Assembly: GCF_009914755.1 (NCBI RefSeq)
Contig: NC_060928.1
DNA from: the human T2T-CHM13v2.0 reference genome, Homo sapiens
Strand: one strand, 5' to 3'
Length of the DNA stretch: 64,000 nucleotides
Each line of letters starts with the position of its first letter. The stretch's first letter is position 1. The notes beneath the pieces are model-generated. The model had not been told where the DNA came from, did not search any database, and saw only the letters and a program-made list of their open reading frames with translations. Made by a program: the position numbers and the translations under genes. Positions 1-15,002 of this stretch are shown here, piece by piece.

Positions 1-1795
1 TTGAGTTAATTTTTGTATATGGTATGAGGTAGTGGTCTGAATTTATTCTTTTGCATGTGGATATCCAATTGTTCCAGCACCACTTGTTGAAAACATGATT
101 CTTCCTCCCATTTTATTCTTTTTACCATTTGGAATGTAAATTAGTACAGCCATTATGCAAAACAGTATGGAGGCTTCCCAAACTATTAAAAATAGAACTA
201 CTATATGATCCAGCAGTCCCACTACTGTGTATCTATCCAAAGGAAATGAAATCAGTATGTTGAAGAGATATCCACACTCCCATGTTCATTACAGCATTAT
301 TTACAATAGCCAAGATATGAAATCAACAGATGAGTACATAAAGAAAATGTGATACATATACACAATAGAATACGATCCAGCCTTAAAAATAAAGGAAATC
401 CTGTCAGTTGTGACAACCTGGAAGAAACTGGAGGACATCATGTTAAGTGAAATAAGTCATGCACAGACAAACAAATACTACATGATCTCACGTATACATG
501 GAATTGAAAAAAGTTAAACTCATAGAAGCACAGAGTAGAATGGTGGGCTGGATGGGGGAAAGAGGAAGTACCAAGGAGATGCTGGTCAATGAATACAAAA
601 TTTCAATTAGGAGAAATAAGTTCAAGAGATCTATTGTAAAACATGGTAACTATAATTAATAATGTATTGTATATTTGAAAATTGCTAACAGGGTAGATTT
701 TAAGTGTTCTCACTACAAAAAAGATAAGTACGTGAAGCAATGCATATGTTTAACAGCTTGAATTAGCCATTCCATAATGTACACATATACCAAAACATCA
801 TGTTGTACACCACAAATATATATTTTTAATTTATCAATTAAAATAAAGAAATATTAATTTTTTTAAAAAAAGAAAATCAGTTGACCATAAATGTATATTT
901 GTTCCTGGATTCTCAATTTTATTGAATCAATCTATTATATATACCTTGTCTTTTGTCATTACCACACTGTCCTGATTACTACAGCTTTGAAGTAAGTTTT
1001 AAAATCTTTTTTTCAACAGTATAAGATTTGTCAAATGCTTTTTCTTCATTTATTGAGATGATCATGTGTATTTTTTCTTTCTTTACTAATATGGTTTATT
1101 ATACTGATTAACTTTCATATATCGAATCAATCTTGCATTCCTGGGATATTTCCCACATAGTTATGCTATATAATCCTTTGTATATGCTGCTGGATTTGGA
1201 TTGATACCATTTTATTGAGGATTTTTTTCTGTCTACATTCACAAATGATATGAGTCTGTAGGTTGCTTTTCATGAGATATGTTTGTCTGGTTTTGGTATC
1301 ACAGTAATGTTGGCTTCACAGAATGAGTTAAGTGTTTCCTCCTCTTATTACTAATTTTTTAGGGAGTTAATGAGGGGTTTCTTTTAATTCTTCTTTAAAC
1401 ATTCTTAGAATTCACTAGTGAAGCCATCTGGTCCTGGATTTTTCTTTTTACGGGAAGGTTTTTTTGTTTGTTTTTGTTTTTTAACTAACTCAATCTCCTT
1501 AGTTGTTATAGGGCTATTAAGATTTTCTATTTCTTCTTAATTCAGTTTTCATGGGTTGTTTCTCTAGGAATTCATCCATTTCATCTAAATTAACTGACTT
1601 GTTGCCATATAATTGTGTATATATTCTCTTATCACCTTATTTATTTTGGTAAGGTGAGTAGTAATATTTCCTCTTTCATTCCTGACTTAGTAATTCAAGT
1701 GTCCTCTCTTTTTTCTGGGCCAGTCTAACTAAAGGTTTGTCAATTTTGTTGATCTATTCAAAGAACTAACTTTTGGCTTCACTGGTTTTCTCCAG
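1..1795 (-). mobile_element. Old L1M ORF2 fragments (1-125, ~876-1795) interrupted by a plus-strand L1MA 3' end
   Basis: Typical antisense L1 ORF2 T-rich motifs (gtgaagccatctggtcctgg, ttgttgatctattcaaagaac). Confidence 0.7.
128..875 (+). mobile_element. L1MA-type 3' end/3'UTR with A-rich tail
   Basis: aaaatagaactactatatgatccagca, catgttaagtgaaataag, A-rich end. Confidence 0.8.
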
Positions 1796-1934
1796 TGTTC
1801 TAATGAGGTCTTTATTTAATGTGCCAAATTTCTGATGCCCACTTTACTTAATTGCTGAAAATTACTGTTAACAATTTAACCAAACACCATTATTGCAACT
1901 GTGAAGGGATAGAATATTACAGTTTAAAAAGCAG

Positions 1935-2135
1935 AAACCCTACTCCATTCATTGCCCTGAGTCCTTAGGCAAAATATTTAACTTTTCTGAGACTCTGTTT
2001 CCTCATGTATGAAATGGAAAGAGTGATATGGGTGTCTGGAGATAATGTGAGAATTAAATGATAAGATTTACAAAGCAGTTCATGACCCAGGACCAGGCAG
2101 GCATTTAGTAGATACCCAAAGAATGCTACATATTT
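1935..2135 (+). mobile_element. MIR SINE
   Basis: Core ctgagactctgtttcctcatgtatgaaatgg ... gtgagaattaaatgataag. Confidence 0.65.
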
Positions 2136-4104
2136 GCTTGATTATTAAATTACATGATGCCTATACAAACTCCTAATATATAATACACAATGTTAATGGT
2201 CACTCTTTCATTCCCCTCCTTTGCCCACCCTACTCTCATCTTAAAAGCTCAGTATGACCTGGATCTTCCATCGTGTCTCAGTGCTACTTACCAAACAAAT
2301 AACCATTCCAGGGCAGCAGGTATCATCAAAACCTGGGCCTACAGCATCACCTACCTTTTGTCCTAGTTCTTATGATCAAGTTACTTACAGCACAGGAAGA
2401 TAAAATGGGCCTCTAAAGAAAATGAGTTTCTCAAGAACATCCCCAAGCCATCATTAGATATTCAATAGACACATGAAGAATAAACAAAAGCACTAGAAAA
2501 GGCTGTAAGCTAAGGGCTTGGTAATTAATGTCCTTGGCCTGGCCTGCTCTCTTAGTGGCCAATAAGAGGCCGTGCTGGTAGAGTAAGACACTCAAAAGTT
2601 AGTTTAGATATGTTCATTTAGATAGTTGGTCCTCAAACTAGAGAGTGAGATCTGTGTAACATAGCTAAAGAGGGTGTGCTCATGTATATGGGCTATTGGG
2701 AATACAATATAACAGGGCAAGAGGGAGAGTAAAAGGTAAGGCAAGATTATCCTGGAATACTAGGAGAATTAAAGAGGCAGGAGCCCATAGGGATATCTTT
2801 TTGGCTATAAGACAAAGAGAAGATAGGGAAGGATCCAAACGTGAAGAAATTTACTGGACAGTTTTCTCAGCGAAGACTTTGCTAACAGTTGCAAATATTC
2901 CTTAATTAATAAATCTTCTAAAAAGTGGCACATAGGCAAGCACTCTGTTCTTCAGAACAGTATGACAGACTATGAGAAAAAGAACAGGGGTTGGAGTAGG
3001 AACATAGAAAGTGGAACAGAGAAGGGTTTTATTTCTAATACACAGATTAAAGAGGACTGTTCTAAAATCAAAGTAACAAGGAAAAACCCTAAAACCCTAA
3101 CATTTCCTGTCTGTATTTCAGTCAAGAAAATCTGACACTGAAAACAAAATAAAATAATCATAATCCTGATTTCTTTCATCACAGATAGCATCTAGTATGT
3201 TGGAAAGTGCCAAGGTAGACACTAACAAGCCACACGAGGACAAGTCCAATTCTGAGCCAAAGCCTGAGAGGACACTAGTGCTAAATTCTCAGACAAAACC
3301 ATCACCAACAAAAACTGGCAACAAATAACTCCACTTGCATGCCCAGTTCCTAACTATGGACCTTGAATGCTGATAAGTTCAGAAAAGAAAAATTATTTCT
3401 ATCAGTTCTTGGAATATAATTTTGAGGAAAAGAATAAAGTTAGAGTAATAAACAGCTGGAAGGAGGAAATCCAGCATAAAAAACAATAGCAGAAAAGTCT
3501 CTTATACACACACACACACAAATAATAATCAGCCTATTTTATATGTCAGAACACTTTAACAGAGTATTATCTGTGGAAAACTTGAAAGATAAAGTGCAAC
3601 ACTTTTCAAGGGACAGATACCAACATTGCCTTTAACCTTGTGTTCTGGTAAGTTCATGAATTACATATAACCCTGGCAAAACTTTCCTAACCTATAAGAT
3701 TATGATTGAAACATTAAAATTCTCCTAATCATTTCATCACCTTCTAAAAAAGATTATTCTTTCAGCTTACAGTTTTCTGCTTTAGTTTCTATCATGGGGT
3801 TTGTGTTTTCATACAGGAGAAAACTGATGAAGGTGTGAGCATGAGTTTGGATTAAAATTCATACATTTTTAGATACTAAGATAGGAAAATTTAACTGTGA
3901 TTATGTTTTTAAAAATTTCCTGTCTACTTCAGATCAACTTTATTATTGGGATTAGGCTTTTACCTCCTCTCTAAGAACTTTAAACAAGTATGGCAAAACT
4001 AGCAGGTAAATAAACAGCGACTTTAATGGAGTCTTAAGTGTGGTCACAGGTTCATGAACTAAAATAGGCGAATGAAAAAAGTAAAATGAAAACATTATCC
4101 AAAA

Positions 4105-4690
4105 TTCAGTTTGGCAGTTTCTTAAAAAAAATACATAAATTTGTTATATAACTCAGAAATTCCATTTCTACCCTTTGAAAAGGAAATCTATGTCCATACG
4201 AAGATTTGTATATGAGTATTCCTAACAGCATTATTCATAATAGCCAAAAATTGGAATACGATATAACAAATGTCCAGCAACAGATGAACCTGACGAATGG
4301 ATAAGCAAAATGTGTATAACCATAAAACTGAATAGTATTTGGCAAGAAAAAGGACATGAACTATACATGCTATAACATGGATGATCTTCAAAAACTTTAT
4401 GCTAGGTGAAAGAAGCCAGATGCAAAAGATCACATATTGTATAATTCCATTTATATAAAATGTTGAGAAAAGTAAAATCTATAGAGACAGAAAATAGATT
4501 TATGTTGTCTTGCAGCTGGAGGTGGGAAAGGGGAGTGACTGTAAATGGGTACAAGGGATCTTTTTAGAATGACAGAAATATTCTAAAATTGGATCATAGT
4601 GATGGTTGCACCACTCTATAAATATCACTTAACTGTACCCTTAAGATGTGTGAATTTTATGATATGTCCATCAAAACTTGATAGAACTGT
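4105..4690 (+). mobile_element. Old L1M(B/C/E) 3' end
   Basis: cagcattattcataatagccaaaaa, gaaagaagccagatgcaaaag, gtgatggttgcaccactct. Confidence 0.7.
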
Positions 4691-4699
4691 TTTTAAAAT

Positions 4700-6230
4700 C
4701 CAGCAAGGTGCATGCCATAACATTCACAAATCTTTTGATACATGCACACATCCATGTGACTACCACTCAGATCAAGATAGAAAACAGAAAGTTCTCTTGT
4801 ACCCCTTCCTAATCATTGCTCACACCCTCCTCCACAAGTGTAGTTAATACTACTTTGCTCTCTATCATCTTGATTGTTTTTTTTTCTAATATGTACTTTT
4901 TTCTATAATATACTTAAATTTCAATATAGAAGAAATCAGTACAGTTATGTATCCTTTTATGTCTGGTTTCTTTTACTCAATGTAATACCTGCAAGACTCA
5001 TCCAAGCTGATGCTGATTATCAGTAGTTTATTCTTTTTTTATTGCTGTGGAGTATTCCACTGTATGAATATACTACAATTTGTTTATAAATTCTCCTGTT
5101 AAAAGACATTTAGGTTGTTTCTACTTTGGGGCTATTGTGAATAATGCTGCTATGAACATTATTTGAGATATCCATTGGTGGACATATGAACTCATTTTTC
5201 CTAGTGCATAGCTAGGAGCAGAAATGCTGATTCAAAAGGGAAGCAAACATTTAGCTTAGGTAGAAACTGCCATAAAATTTTCCAAAGTGGTTAAACAAAT
5301 TTAAACTCCTACTAACAATGTCTAAAATTTCCAGCTGTCTCGCTTCCTCACCAGCAGTTGTTATTATCAATCTTTTTAATTTTAGCCATTCTGCTGGGTG
5401 TGTAGGGGTATACTGGTATGGCTTTAATTTGCATGTTCTTGATTTACAACAAGATTGGGCACATTTTCAGATATTTATTGACGCTTTGGATATCTTCTTT
5501 AGTGAAGCTCCAGTTCAAGATTTTTGTCCATTTTTAAATAGATTGTCTGACTTTTTCTTATTGCTTTATTCTGGATACAAATCTTTTTATCAAATATATG
5601 AATTAAAACTATTGGTCCCCAATTTGTGGCTTGCCTTTTCTCTCTCTTAATGGTGTTTTTTATACTTAATGGTGTCCATAATTTCAATGGAGTATAATTT
5701 ATCAATACTTTCTTTTCTAGTTAGTGCTTTTTATGTTCTATATAAAAACTCTCACCTATCCCAAAATCATGAAGCTATTCCATGTTTTCTCGAAGCTTTA
5801 TTGTAGTACCTTTCACATTTGAGTCTTCAGTCATTGGTCAAATGAAGTTTCTAAAATTTATTATTATTTTTTAGAGATAGGGTTCTTGACATTTTGCCCA
5901 GGCTGGTCTCAAACTCCTAGGCTCAATCAATCCTCCCACCTCAGCCTCCCAAGTAGTTGGGACTACAGGTGTGTGCCACCATGCTCAACAATCAAATTAA
6001 CTTGTATATGGAGTCAAGTTCATTTCTTTTCCCATAAAGGTATCCACGTGATTCACCACTGTTTATTGATAAAATGATTGTTCTCATACTCAATTGTGGT
6101 GGCATCACAGCCATAAATCAGGTGTCCATATTATACAGTGATCTGTTTCTGGACTCTATTGTGTTCCATTGTTCTATTTTATCCTTGGGAAATGGCACTG
6201 TCTTAATTACTAAACCTTTAGAGCAATCTT
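4700..6230 (-). mobile_element. Old L1M(E) fragment containing an Alu fragment at ~5868-5990 (-)
   Basis: ttgctgtggagtattccactgtatgaatatac, ttttagccattctg; Alu ccaggctggtctcaaactcc. Confidence 0.65.
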
Positions 6231-6399
6231 GAAGTAGAGAATATTTTCATACACAATTTATTTCAGAATTTTGTGAGCTGTTTTTGTAAGAGAGGCAAAT
6301 GCCAAAAATGAACTATTTCATGTCCTATGTGTCATCATATATGTTCTTTGAAGAAAATAAATTCCTTAACCAGTGGAATGAAAACCTGAATATTTTTCA

Positions 6400-6648
<249 letters not shown>

Positions 6649-7879
6649 TCAAATAAAGAATAAGAATTAGAAATCTGAAAGTTGGCAGTAAAACTACTTT
6701 TCTATAAGTTCCTGACAAACCTGGAAAGTATCCTAAACACTAGAGAAGACCTTGAGGTTTGTTCTGTGGCTCCAGTTTCATAAATGTTTTACCATCCTAC
6801 TTGTTGCCAGTGAAGGACTAGCCTTGTGGAAACTGGAATCACAAAACCAGGGTTTGGTACATATATCCTCCCTTCCTCCAACTAAGAAAGTTATATTTTG
6901 ATGTTTCTCTTAAGACTCTTGTTTTATCAAAACATATTCCTGGTTTTTGAAACATCCACTATATGTATTTTTAAATATCATTTTATCTACTTAGGTAAAC
7001 ATTTTATCTAGTATTCGTTTGTCAAAACTTAATAGAATGCAATCAACACTGTTAAAACTGTCACAATTCTTAAATAGGAATAAAACACCTATTACACTAT
7101 AATAGGAATACTATGAGAGTAGATGCTTTAGCACTTACACTGTTCACTTGTTTCTCAGTGATTACTAAATGAAACTGATATACATATGTTTAATTTTTAT
7201 ATAGTTGAAGACACAAACCAAATAATATTACTTCTCTCCCCTAAAAAATCAATTTTTTATGGTTTAAGCCAGGCCCAAATTATAGGATCTTTATTTTATC
7301 CCCTAACTTACAGGATCTTTCTTTTGTCGTCAGCTCAAATTAAAAAACAAAGTAAAAAAAACTCACATATGTTGGAGTATACCTTCTACAAAAAAAGAGA
7401 AAAAAGCAATAATTCTGGCTTCTAGGCCTATAATTTAATGCACTGTTAGCATTTAAGAAAGAAGACAATTGCTGGCTACATCTGAAAATATCCAGAGTTT
7501 TAATTCAAGTTACACAGACTTTGAAAAAACATACTCTTCCCCTCCACCCAAAAACCTGAAAATTAAAAAAGCTTAATCCCTGTTCATAAAGTATGACTTT
7601 TCATTCCCAGTAATCAAGCAACACATGGGCCCATTACCTTAAAAGGAAAAGGTTATCCTTCAGGAACTGATTCATACCCAAATATAAGAAATGTACACTA
7701 GCCATATTAAATTTGGAAGTTTTTCCTAATTATAGATGTTTTTCCAAAATGCCACCACCAGAATTAAATAATGCTAACTACTCCTATTATGTATTTAAAG
7801 GAGAGATTCACATTGACAATCATCTCGCACACTTTTTAGACACACATCCTTTATCAATAGTCTTCCTATGCTTCCTCCT

Positions 7880-8270
7880 CTTAATTTATTTTATTTATGT
7901 TTATTATTTTTGACACAATAAGTGTACACATTTATGGGGTACCATGTTATAATTTGATACATGTATACAATGTATAAGGATCAAATCAGGCTAATAAGCA
8001 AATTCATCACCTCAAACATTTATCATTTCTTTGTGTCGGGAACACTCAAAATTATCTCTTCTAGCTATTTGAAAATATACAATAAATTATTATTAACTAT
8101 AGTTATCCCAAAGTGCTATAGAACACCAGAACTTATTCTTCCCATCTAGCTATACTTTTCTATCAATTAACCAACTCTATTGTCCCTCCCTGGCAACCCT
8201 TCCACCCTCTAGTAATCATTATTCCACTCTACTTCTTTGAGCTGAACTTTTTTAGCTTTCACATTGGAGT
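7880..8270 (-). mobile_element. L1MA 3' end fragment
   Basis: catttatggggtac, tctagctatttgaaaatatacaataaattattattaactatag. Confidence 0.75.
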
Positions 8271-8532
8271 GTCCTTCCTCCTTTTCAAAGTCTGAAATAT
8301 ACCTTTGGGCCATGCAGCCTTCTTATTTGTAATAATTTGAATCTATCCCATAATCAGTAAACCTGATCTTTAGTTACGTGGGAGGCTTTCTACCTTCTCA
8401 TAACTATGGTGTGAAAATCTTTCAAATTTCAGCTATAATAATATTACCAGAAAGAACTGGAAATGGCCAGGCAAAGTTCTAATTACTTTAAGAATATTAA
8501 CTTTTTTTAAAAAAAGAATATTAACTTATTTA

Positions 8533-8885
<353 letters not shown>

Positions 8886-9039
8886 TTACAGATGTGAAAA
8901 CCAGGCACAGAAAGGTTAGATAACTTCTTCAGTATCCAAATCTAATGCAGTCTAGCTCCAGTCCCTAGTTCATTAAACCCAGAAGGATCTGAAGAAAATC
9001 GAACTGTCATACAAATCATATGGTTAAAATGGTCTATAC

Positions 9040-9340
9040 TAAAGGTAAATAGTTTACATTTCATGGGCTCTCACTGTGTCAGGTAGAGTGCTGAGTGCTT
9101 CAATGTATTAGTTAACTTAATCTTTACTCATAAACACACGCACATATGCAGATCTACATGCACACACACACACACACACACACAAGGTATTTACTACCAT
9201 TAACCCCAATTTACAGATGAGGAAACTGAAATTCAGAAAGATTAAATAATCTGTCCAAGATGATACAGATAATGAATGGCAGCTGTCATATTCAATCCAG
9301 TTCTGTTTATTCCAAAGCCCAAACTTTTAATCACCGTGCA
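9040..9340 (-). mobile_element. MIR with internal (CA)n at ~9161-9184
   Basis: tttacagatgaggaaactga core. Confidence 0.7.
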
Positions 9341-9824
9341 ATATTGATAATCACATGTTAAAATTATATTTTATGAAAAATCAATGTATCCCAAATTAAA
9401 GAGATATGTTTTAATCAAGTTGTTGAATACATGAAAGAGCTTCTAAATAAAAGAGCCAAAGTTTTATTTAGTTTTTCTTTTGGTTTATTTTATTTTCCCA
9501 ATCACCTATTCAAATTCTCAACTAAGCAGTGTAGCTTAAAAAAAGATGAGTAAATCAAGAGATAACAAATGATTCATAATGAGCAGCACTTATCCTCAAC
9601 TTTTTCTATTTTAAAATATAGTGTTTATTATCTCTGAACATCATCAGGCATTTCACAAAAATATGGGATAAAAATAATTCCATTATTTGAAGGAGGCCAG
9701 TAGAAATTATTATAGATTTAAGGAAAAGGTTTAGCAATTTCTAACACTAATCTTTCTAAAGCGTGGTGAAAAGAAAATCTATCAGCTCTGGAGACAGAGA
9801 GTAAGTCTGAACCCAGCTACTTAT

Positions 9825-10131
9825 TGTTGAGAATGGGAAGGAAGGAATGAAGGAAGCAAGAATATTTACTGAATTATTGCTTGTGTGCCAGGTCCTCACT
9901 CTTTTATTAGACAATACTCTACCCACTCCACTTTGCCTGAGGCCCAAAAGGAAATCAAAGCACTGCAGGGTGGGAGATCTATCTGTGACCTCTTGCAGTA
10001 CTTTGATTTCCCCCTGGGTCTCAAAGTGGAGTGGGTAGATCATTGTCGAATTAAAGAATGAGTACGTGGTACACAGCAATTATTCAGTAAATATTCTTGC
10101 TTCCTTCATTCCTTCCTTCCCATTCTCAACA
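9825..10131. repeat. 307-bp inverted repeat/hairpin, ~145-bp arms, ~20-nt loop
   Basis: 9825-9874 is the exact reverse complement of 10082-10131; inner arms align with scattered mismatches and one 4-nt indel. Confidence 0.95.
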
Positions 10132-10499
10132 CTTGTTCCTACCTGAGTCAGGATACTGAACTTCATCCTCCTTCACTCTGAAACAACAGTATTCCCAAAA
10201 GATTAGCCCCACAATTTGGGAGCAATTAAAAAACGGGGTATGGAATTTCACAATGTATATATGTTTCAAAACATCACGTAGTACACGATAAGTATATACA
10301 ATTTTTCGTTAATTAATTTTTTAATTTTAAAAAACCAAAGGTAGAGCTAAGGTTATGACATCATTAAAGTTAAAAGTACAATATAACTTCAATGTGTATA
10401 AGCAAATTATAGTTGTGTTCAGGTAGCGAAATTGAAAAAGATTTTGAAATTGTCTTAAAAGACTTTTTTTGGTTACTTTATACAACTGATGCAGGGGGA

Positions 10500-13030
10500 G
10501 CAAAATCACATAATCATTTCAATAGATGAAGAAAAAGCACTTGAAAAATGCAACATTCTTTCATGATATAAGCACTCAGCTAACTAGAAATAAAAGGGAC
10601 CTTCCTTGACCTTATAAAGGACATCTACTAAAAACCTATTGTCAATATAACACTAAATGGTAAATCATTGAAATGTACTCCCTAAGAAAAAGAACAACTC
10701 AAGGATATCTCGTCTTCCCACTCATTTTCTACATTGTATGAAAAGTTCTAGCCAGGGAAATTAAGAAAATGAAATAAAAGGCTTCCAGATTGGAAAGGAA
10801 GAAGCAATATTATTAATATCTCTATTTATAGATGACATGATCTTATATATAGAAAATGCTAAAGAATATCCTCCAAAATATTATTAGAGCTAATAAATGA
10901 GATCAGCCACTTTGTAGGATTCAAGCGCAATATACAAAAATCATCTGTATTTTTATACGTTAGCAATGAACAACCTAAAAATGAAATTAAGAAAATAATT
11001 TATTTACAATAGCGTCAGGAAGAATAAAACACTTAGGAAAAAGTAAACCAAAGAAGCGTAAGACTGGTACACTGAAAACTACAGTGTTGAAAGAAATTAA
11101 AGAAGACATCCCATGTTCATGCATCAGAAGATTTAATATTACTAGATGGCAATACTCACAAACTGATCAACAGATTCAACATAATCTCTATCAAAATCCC
11201 AGCTAGCTTTTCTGCAGAAATTGGCAAATAGATCCCAAGACTCATTTGGAAATGCAAGCCACCCAGGATAGTAAAAAGAAATCTTGAAAAAAAGAACAAA
11301 ATTGGTGGACTCACACTTCCTAATGTCAAAACTTACTACAAAGCTATAGTAATCAAGACAGTGCATAGTGACATGAAATATGCCACTGGAACAGAATTGA
11401 GAATTCAGAAATAAACCCTAACTTTTATGGTCAATTGATTTTCAGGGCCAAAAGAATTTAATGGGGGAAAGAATAGTGTTTTTAATACATGCTATTGGAA
11501 CAACTGGCTATACACATGCAGAAGAATGAACCTGAACTCCTACCTTCTACCATACATAAAAAATAACCCAAAATGATCATAGACTTGAATGCAAGAGCTA
11601 AAACTATAAAATTCTTAGAAGACAACACAGAAATAAACCTTTGCCATTTGGGGTGAGGCAATGATTTCTCAGATGCAACACCAAAAAGAACAGATTGGTA
11701 AGTAAAACTTCATCAAAATTTAAATTTTTTGTGCTGTAAGTGATACCATCAAAGTGAATAAGGTGACAACCCACAGACTGGGAGAAAATATTTGCAAATC
11801 ATATACCTGATAAAATCTTATAGCCAGAATATATTTTTTTAATTTTCATAATTCAATAAAATAAAGACAAATAATTTTAAAATGATCAGGCCATGCATAG
11901 TGGCTCACACCTGTAAGCCCAGCACTTTGGGAGCCCGAGGTAGGAAGATCACTTGAGCTCAGGAGTTCCAGACCAGCCTGGATGATTTGGTGAAACTCCG
12001 TCTCTATAAAAAATACAAAAATTAGCTGGGTGTGGTGGCACACACTTGTAGTCCCAGCTTCTTGGGGATGCTGAGGCAGGAGGATTGCTTCAGCCTGAGA
12101 GGTCAAATCTGCAGTGAGCCGTGACCACTCCACTGCACACCAGCCTGGGCAACAAAGCAAGACCCTGTCTCTATTTAAAAAACAAAATGGCTAAAGGATT
12201 TGAACAGACATTTCTCAAAGGAAGACATACAAATGGCCAGTAAGCACGTGAAAAAAAAATGCTCAACATGATTAGCCATCAAGGATATGCAAATTTCCTG
12301 TAAATGTAAATTCCCAGGGAAATGTGAAGAAAAAAAGAAAATAACAAGTGTTGGCAAGGATGTAGAAAAATTGGAACCCTAATCCCTTGCTGGTAGAAAT
12401 GCAAAATGGTGCAATCACTACAGAAAACAATTTGACATTTCCTTAGAATGTTAAAGATAGAGCTACCATATGACCCAGCAATTCCACTCCTAGATATATA
12501 TATTCAGTAGAATTGAAAACATGTATTCACACAAAACATGTACACAAATGTTCCCAGCAGCATTATTCATAATAGCCAAACAGAGGAAACAACACAAATG
12601 TCCATCAACTGATAAATAGATAAACAAAACGTAGTGTATATCCATGCAACAGAATGTTATTCAGCAATAAAAAAAAGGAACATACTAATACATGGTCAAC
12701 ATGGATGAACCCTGAAAACACAGTCAAAGAATCAGTCTCAAAAGACCACACATTATATTATTCCAATTATATGAAATATGAAGAATAAGGAAACTATAGA
12801 CACAGAAAGTAGATTCGTAGTGCCTAAAACTGGGGAGGAGGGATAGGGAAAAATAGGGAGTGGTTGCTAATGGGTTCAGGGTTTCTTTTGAGTGATAAAA
12901 ATGTTCTAAAATTAAATTGTGGTGCTGGCTGCACATCTCTGTGAATATATTGAAGACTATTAAATTGTACACATTAAATGGGTGCATTGTATGGCAAGTG
13001 AATTATATCTCAATAAAGCTATTTTAAGAA
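10500..13030 (+). mobile_element. L1MB-type ORF2 3' part and 3'UTR, interrupted by AluJ
   Basis: Degenerate RT-region relics (ataatcatttcaatagatg, atagatgacatgatc), 3' end tctcaataaagct. Confidence 0.85.
11889..12182 (+). mobile_element. AluJ
   Basis: Full dimer with J-type diagnostics. Confidence 0.9.
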
Positions 13031-13581
13031 GAACACACACAATGCTGAAACGGAATCTTTAGGAACAGAGAGAGTGAAAATCCATACAGAAAATAAAACA
13101 CACCAACATGATGAAAAAGAGGGAGAGAGAGGAGTGGGGTTGGGGGGGGGGGGTGGGCAGTGGGAATGGAATAGGAGGAGAAAGAGGAGAGAAAAGGTAA
13201 GATGACAACATTAGACTAAGGTTTATTTATCACATTTACCCTCTTCCTGTAGTGAAATATCCAGCTCTGAATATCTGTAAACGGTAAAACAGTTGCAGGA
13301 TATGATTTACAAGCAAGAGTTATTGTAGCAAGTAAGAGTTATTTCCGTGTGTGATAATAAGTCAGGCTTAAGCAACCACTGGGTCCCATTCAGTGCTTTC
13401 AGTGCTCCTGAAGGAACACAGTAAAAGCAATATAGAAAAGTAATCCCCAAAGGTTTAAAAAAATTATTTTCCTCCATCTTCTTCTCAAACTTTCATTTAA
13501 ATAAGACGTAGGTTTCATATGATTTTCTGAACCAGTGATCAGAATAAACACATGCCCACAGTCTATCATTCTGAAACATTA

Positions 13582-13827
<246 letters not shown>

Positions 13828-14118
13828 TCAGAAATAAAATGAATTCAAGGATAATATATTCATCCTGTAAAGTATGTATCATTTACTTCTTTAAAAATAC
13901 TAACAAGTCCCTGAAATGCCAAGTAGCTGATAGAAAATTAGTAGGACCACTTACCTTCTTCCCTATTCAACAACCACCAGCACCTCTCTGCTCTTCGCCA
14001 ATCCTTTATATCTTTTCATAAGTAACACTTAGCTCATCCCTCACAGCAGCTGTTCTTAATCTTTTCAATCATGTTTTGCCTCCACTCTCATCCATCATGG
14101 GTGGTGTACAGTCTAGTC

Positions 14119-14337
14119 CAGAGTTTCTTAACTTTGACACTATTGACATTTTGAGCTGGATACGTTTTTGTTGGGGTTGGCTGGGGTTGGGGGTGTCTTA
14201 TGCATTGTAGGATATTTAGTAGCTTCCCTGGCCTCTACCAAACAGATGTCAGTACCCCTCCCCCAACCTTGAAAAATGTCTGCAGGCACTGCCAAATGTT
14301 CCATGGGGGCAAAATCACCATCACTTGAGAACCACAG
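14119..14337 (+). mobile_element. MER20 (hAT-Charlie non-autonomous element)
   Basis: cagagtttcttaactttgacactattgacatttt ... gggggcaaaatcacc..ttgagaaccacag; degenerate 8-bp TSD gtctagtc/gtctaaca. Confidence 0.8.
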
Positions 14338-14954
14338 GTCTAACAGGTAAGAACAGAAGCTACTGAGTCAGATGGACCCAAACGTGACTTTAAATCTCAA
14401 ATCTGAACCTTATTATTTGTGGACAGGTCTAAGCCTTGGTAGATTTATCTGTAAAATGAGGATAATAATAGTACCTCCTTTAGAGGTATTATAAATAGTA
14501 AATAACTCTCATGTGAAAGTAATGGCTAGGTGTCCACCAATTCATGTTCTCGTTTCTGTAATATAGAGCCATCCCTAGGAAGTGGCTTCCTAGCCCATAT
14601 GGGGCCATGTGCCTCATTCTCATCCTCTGCCCCCATTTGCAGCTGAGGGTGCAAGAGATGGTGCAGCTGGAATAAGGTGTCTATATCTCTGAAAGAGGAG
14701 CTGCCAGCAGCCCTTTCATAGTGTCAGTGAGGAAGAAATACACTTTTATTATGTAAACCACTGAAATACTGTGGCTTACCTGTTACAACATCTAGCATGT
14801 AAGCACTTAACAGGGTGCCTAGCACACTGTGAGAACTCAAAATATAGTTACTATCATCTCAGTAGATGAGACTACTTCCTATTTCACTGAGAAGATTCAT
14901 TCATTTAGCAAGTATTCGTCAAGTCTATTGTGTCTGGCATTTTTCCACACTGCA

Positions 14955-15002
14955 GAGGGAGGGAGAGAGACAGAGAAAGAGAGAGAGAGAGAAAGAGAGA
15001 GA
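14955..15002 (+). repeat. (GA)n-rich microsatellite
   Basis: Direct reading. Confidence 0.85.
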
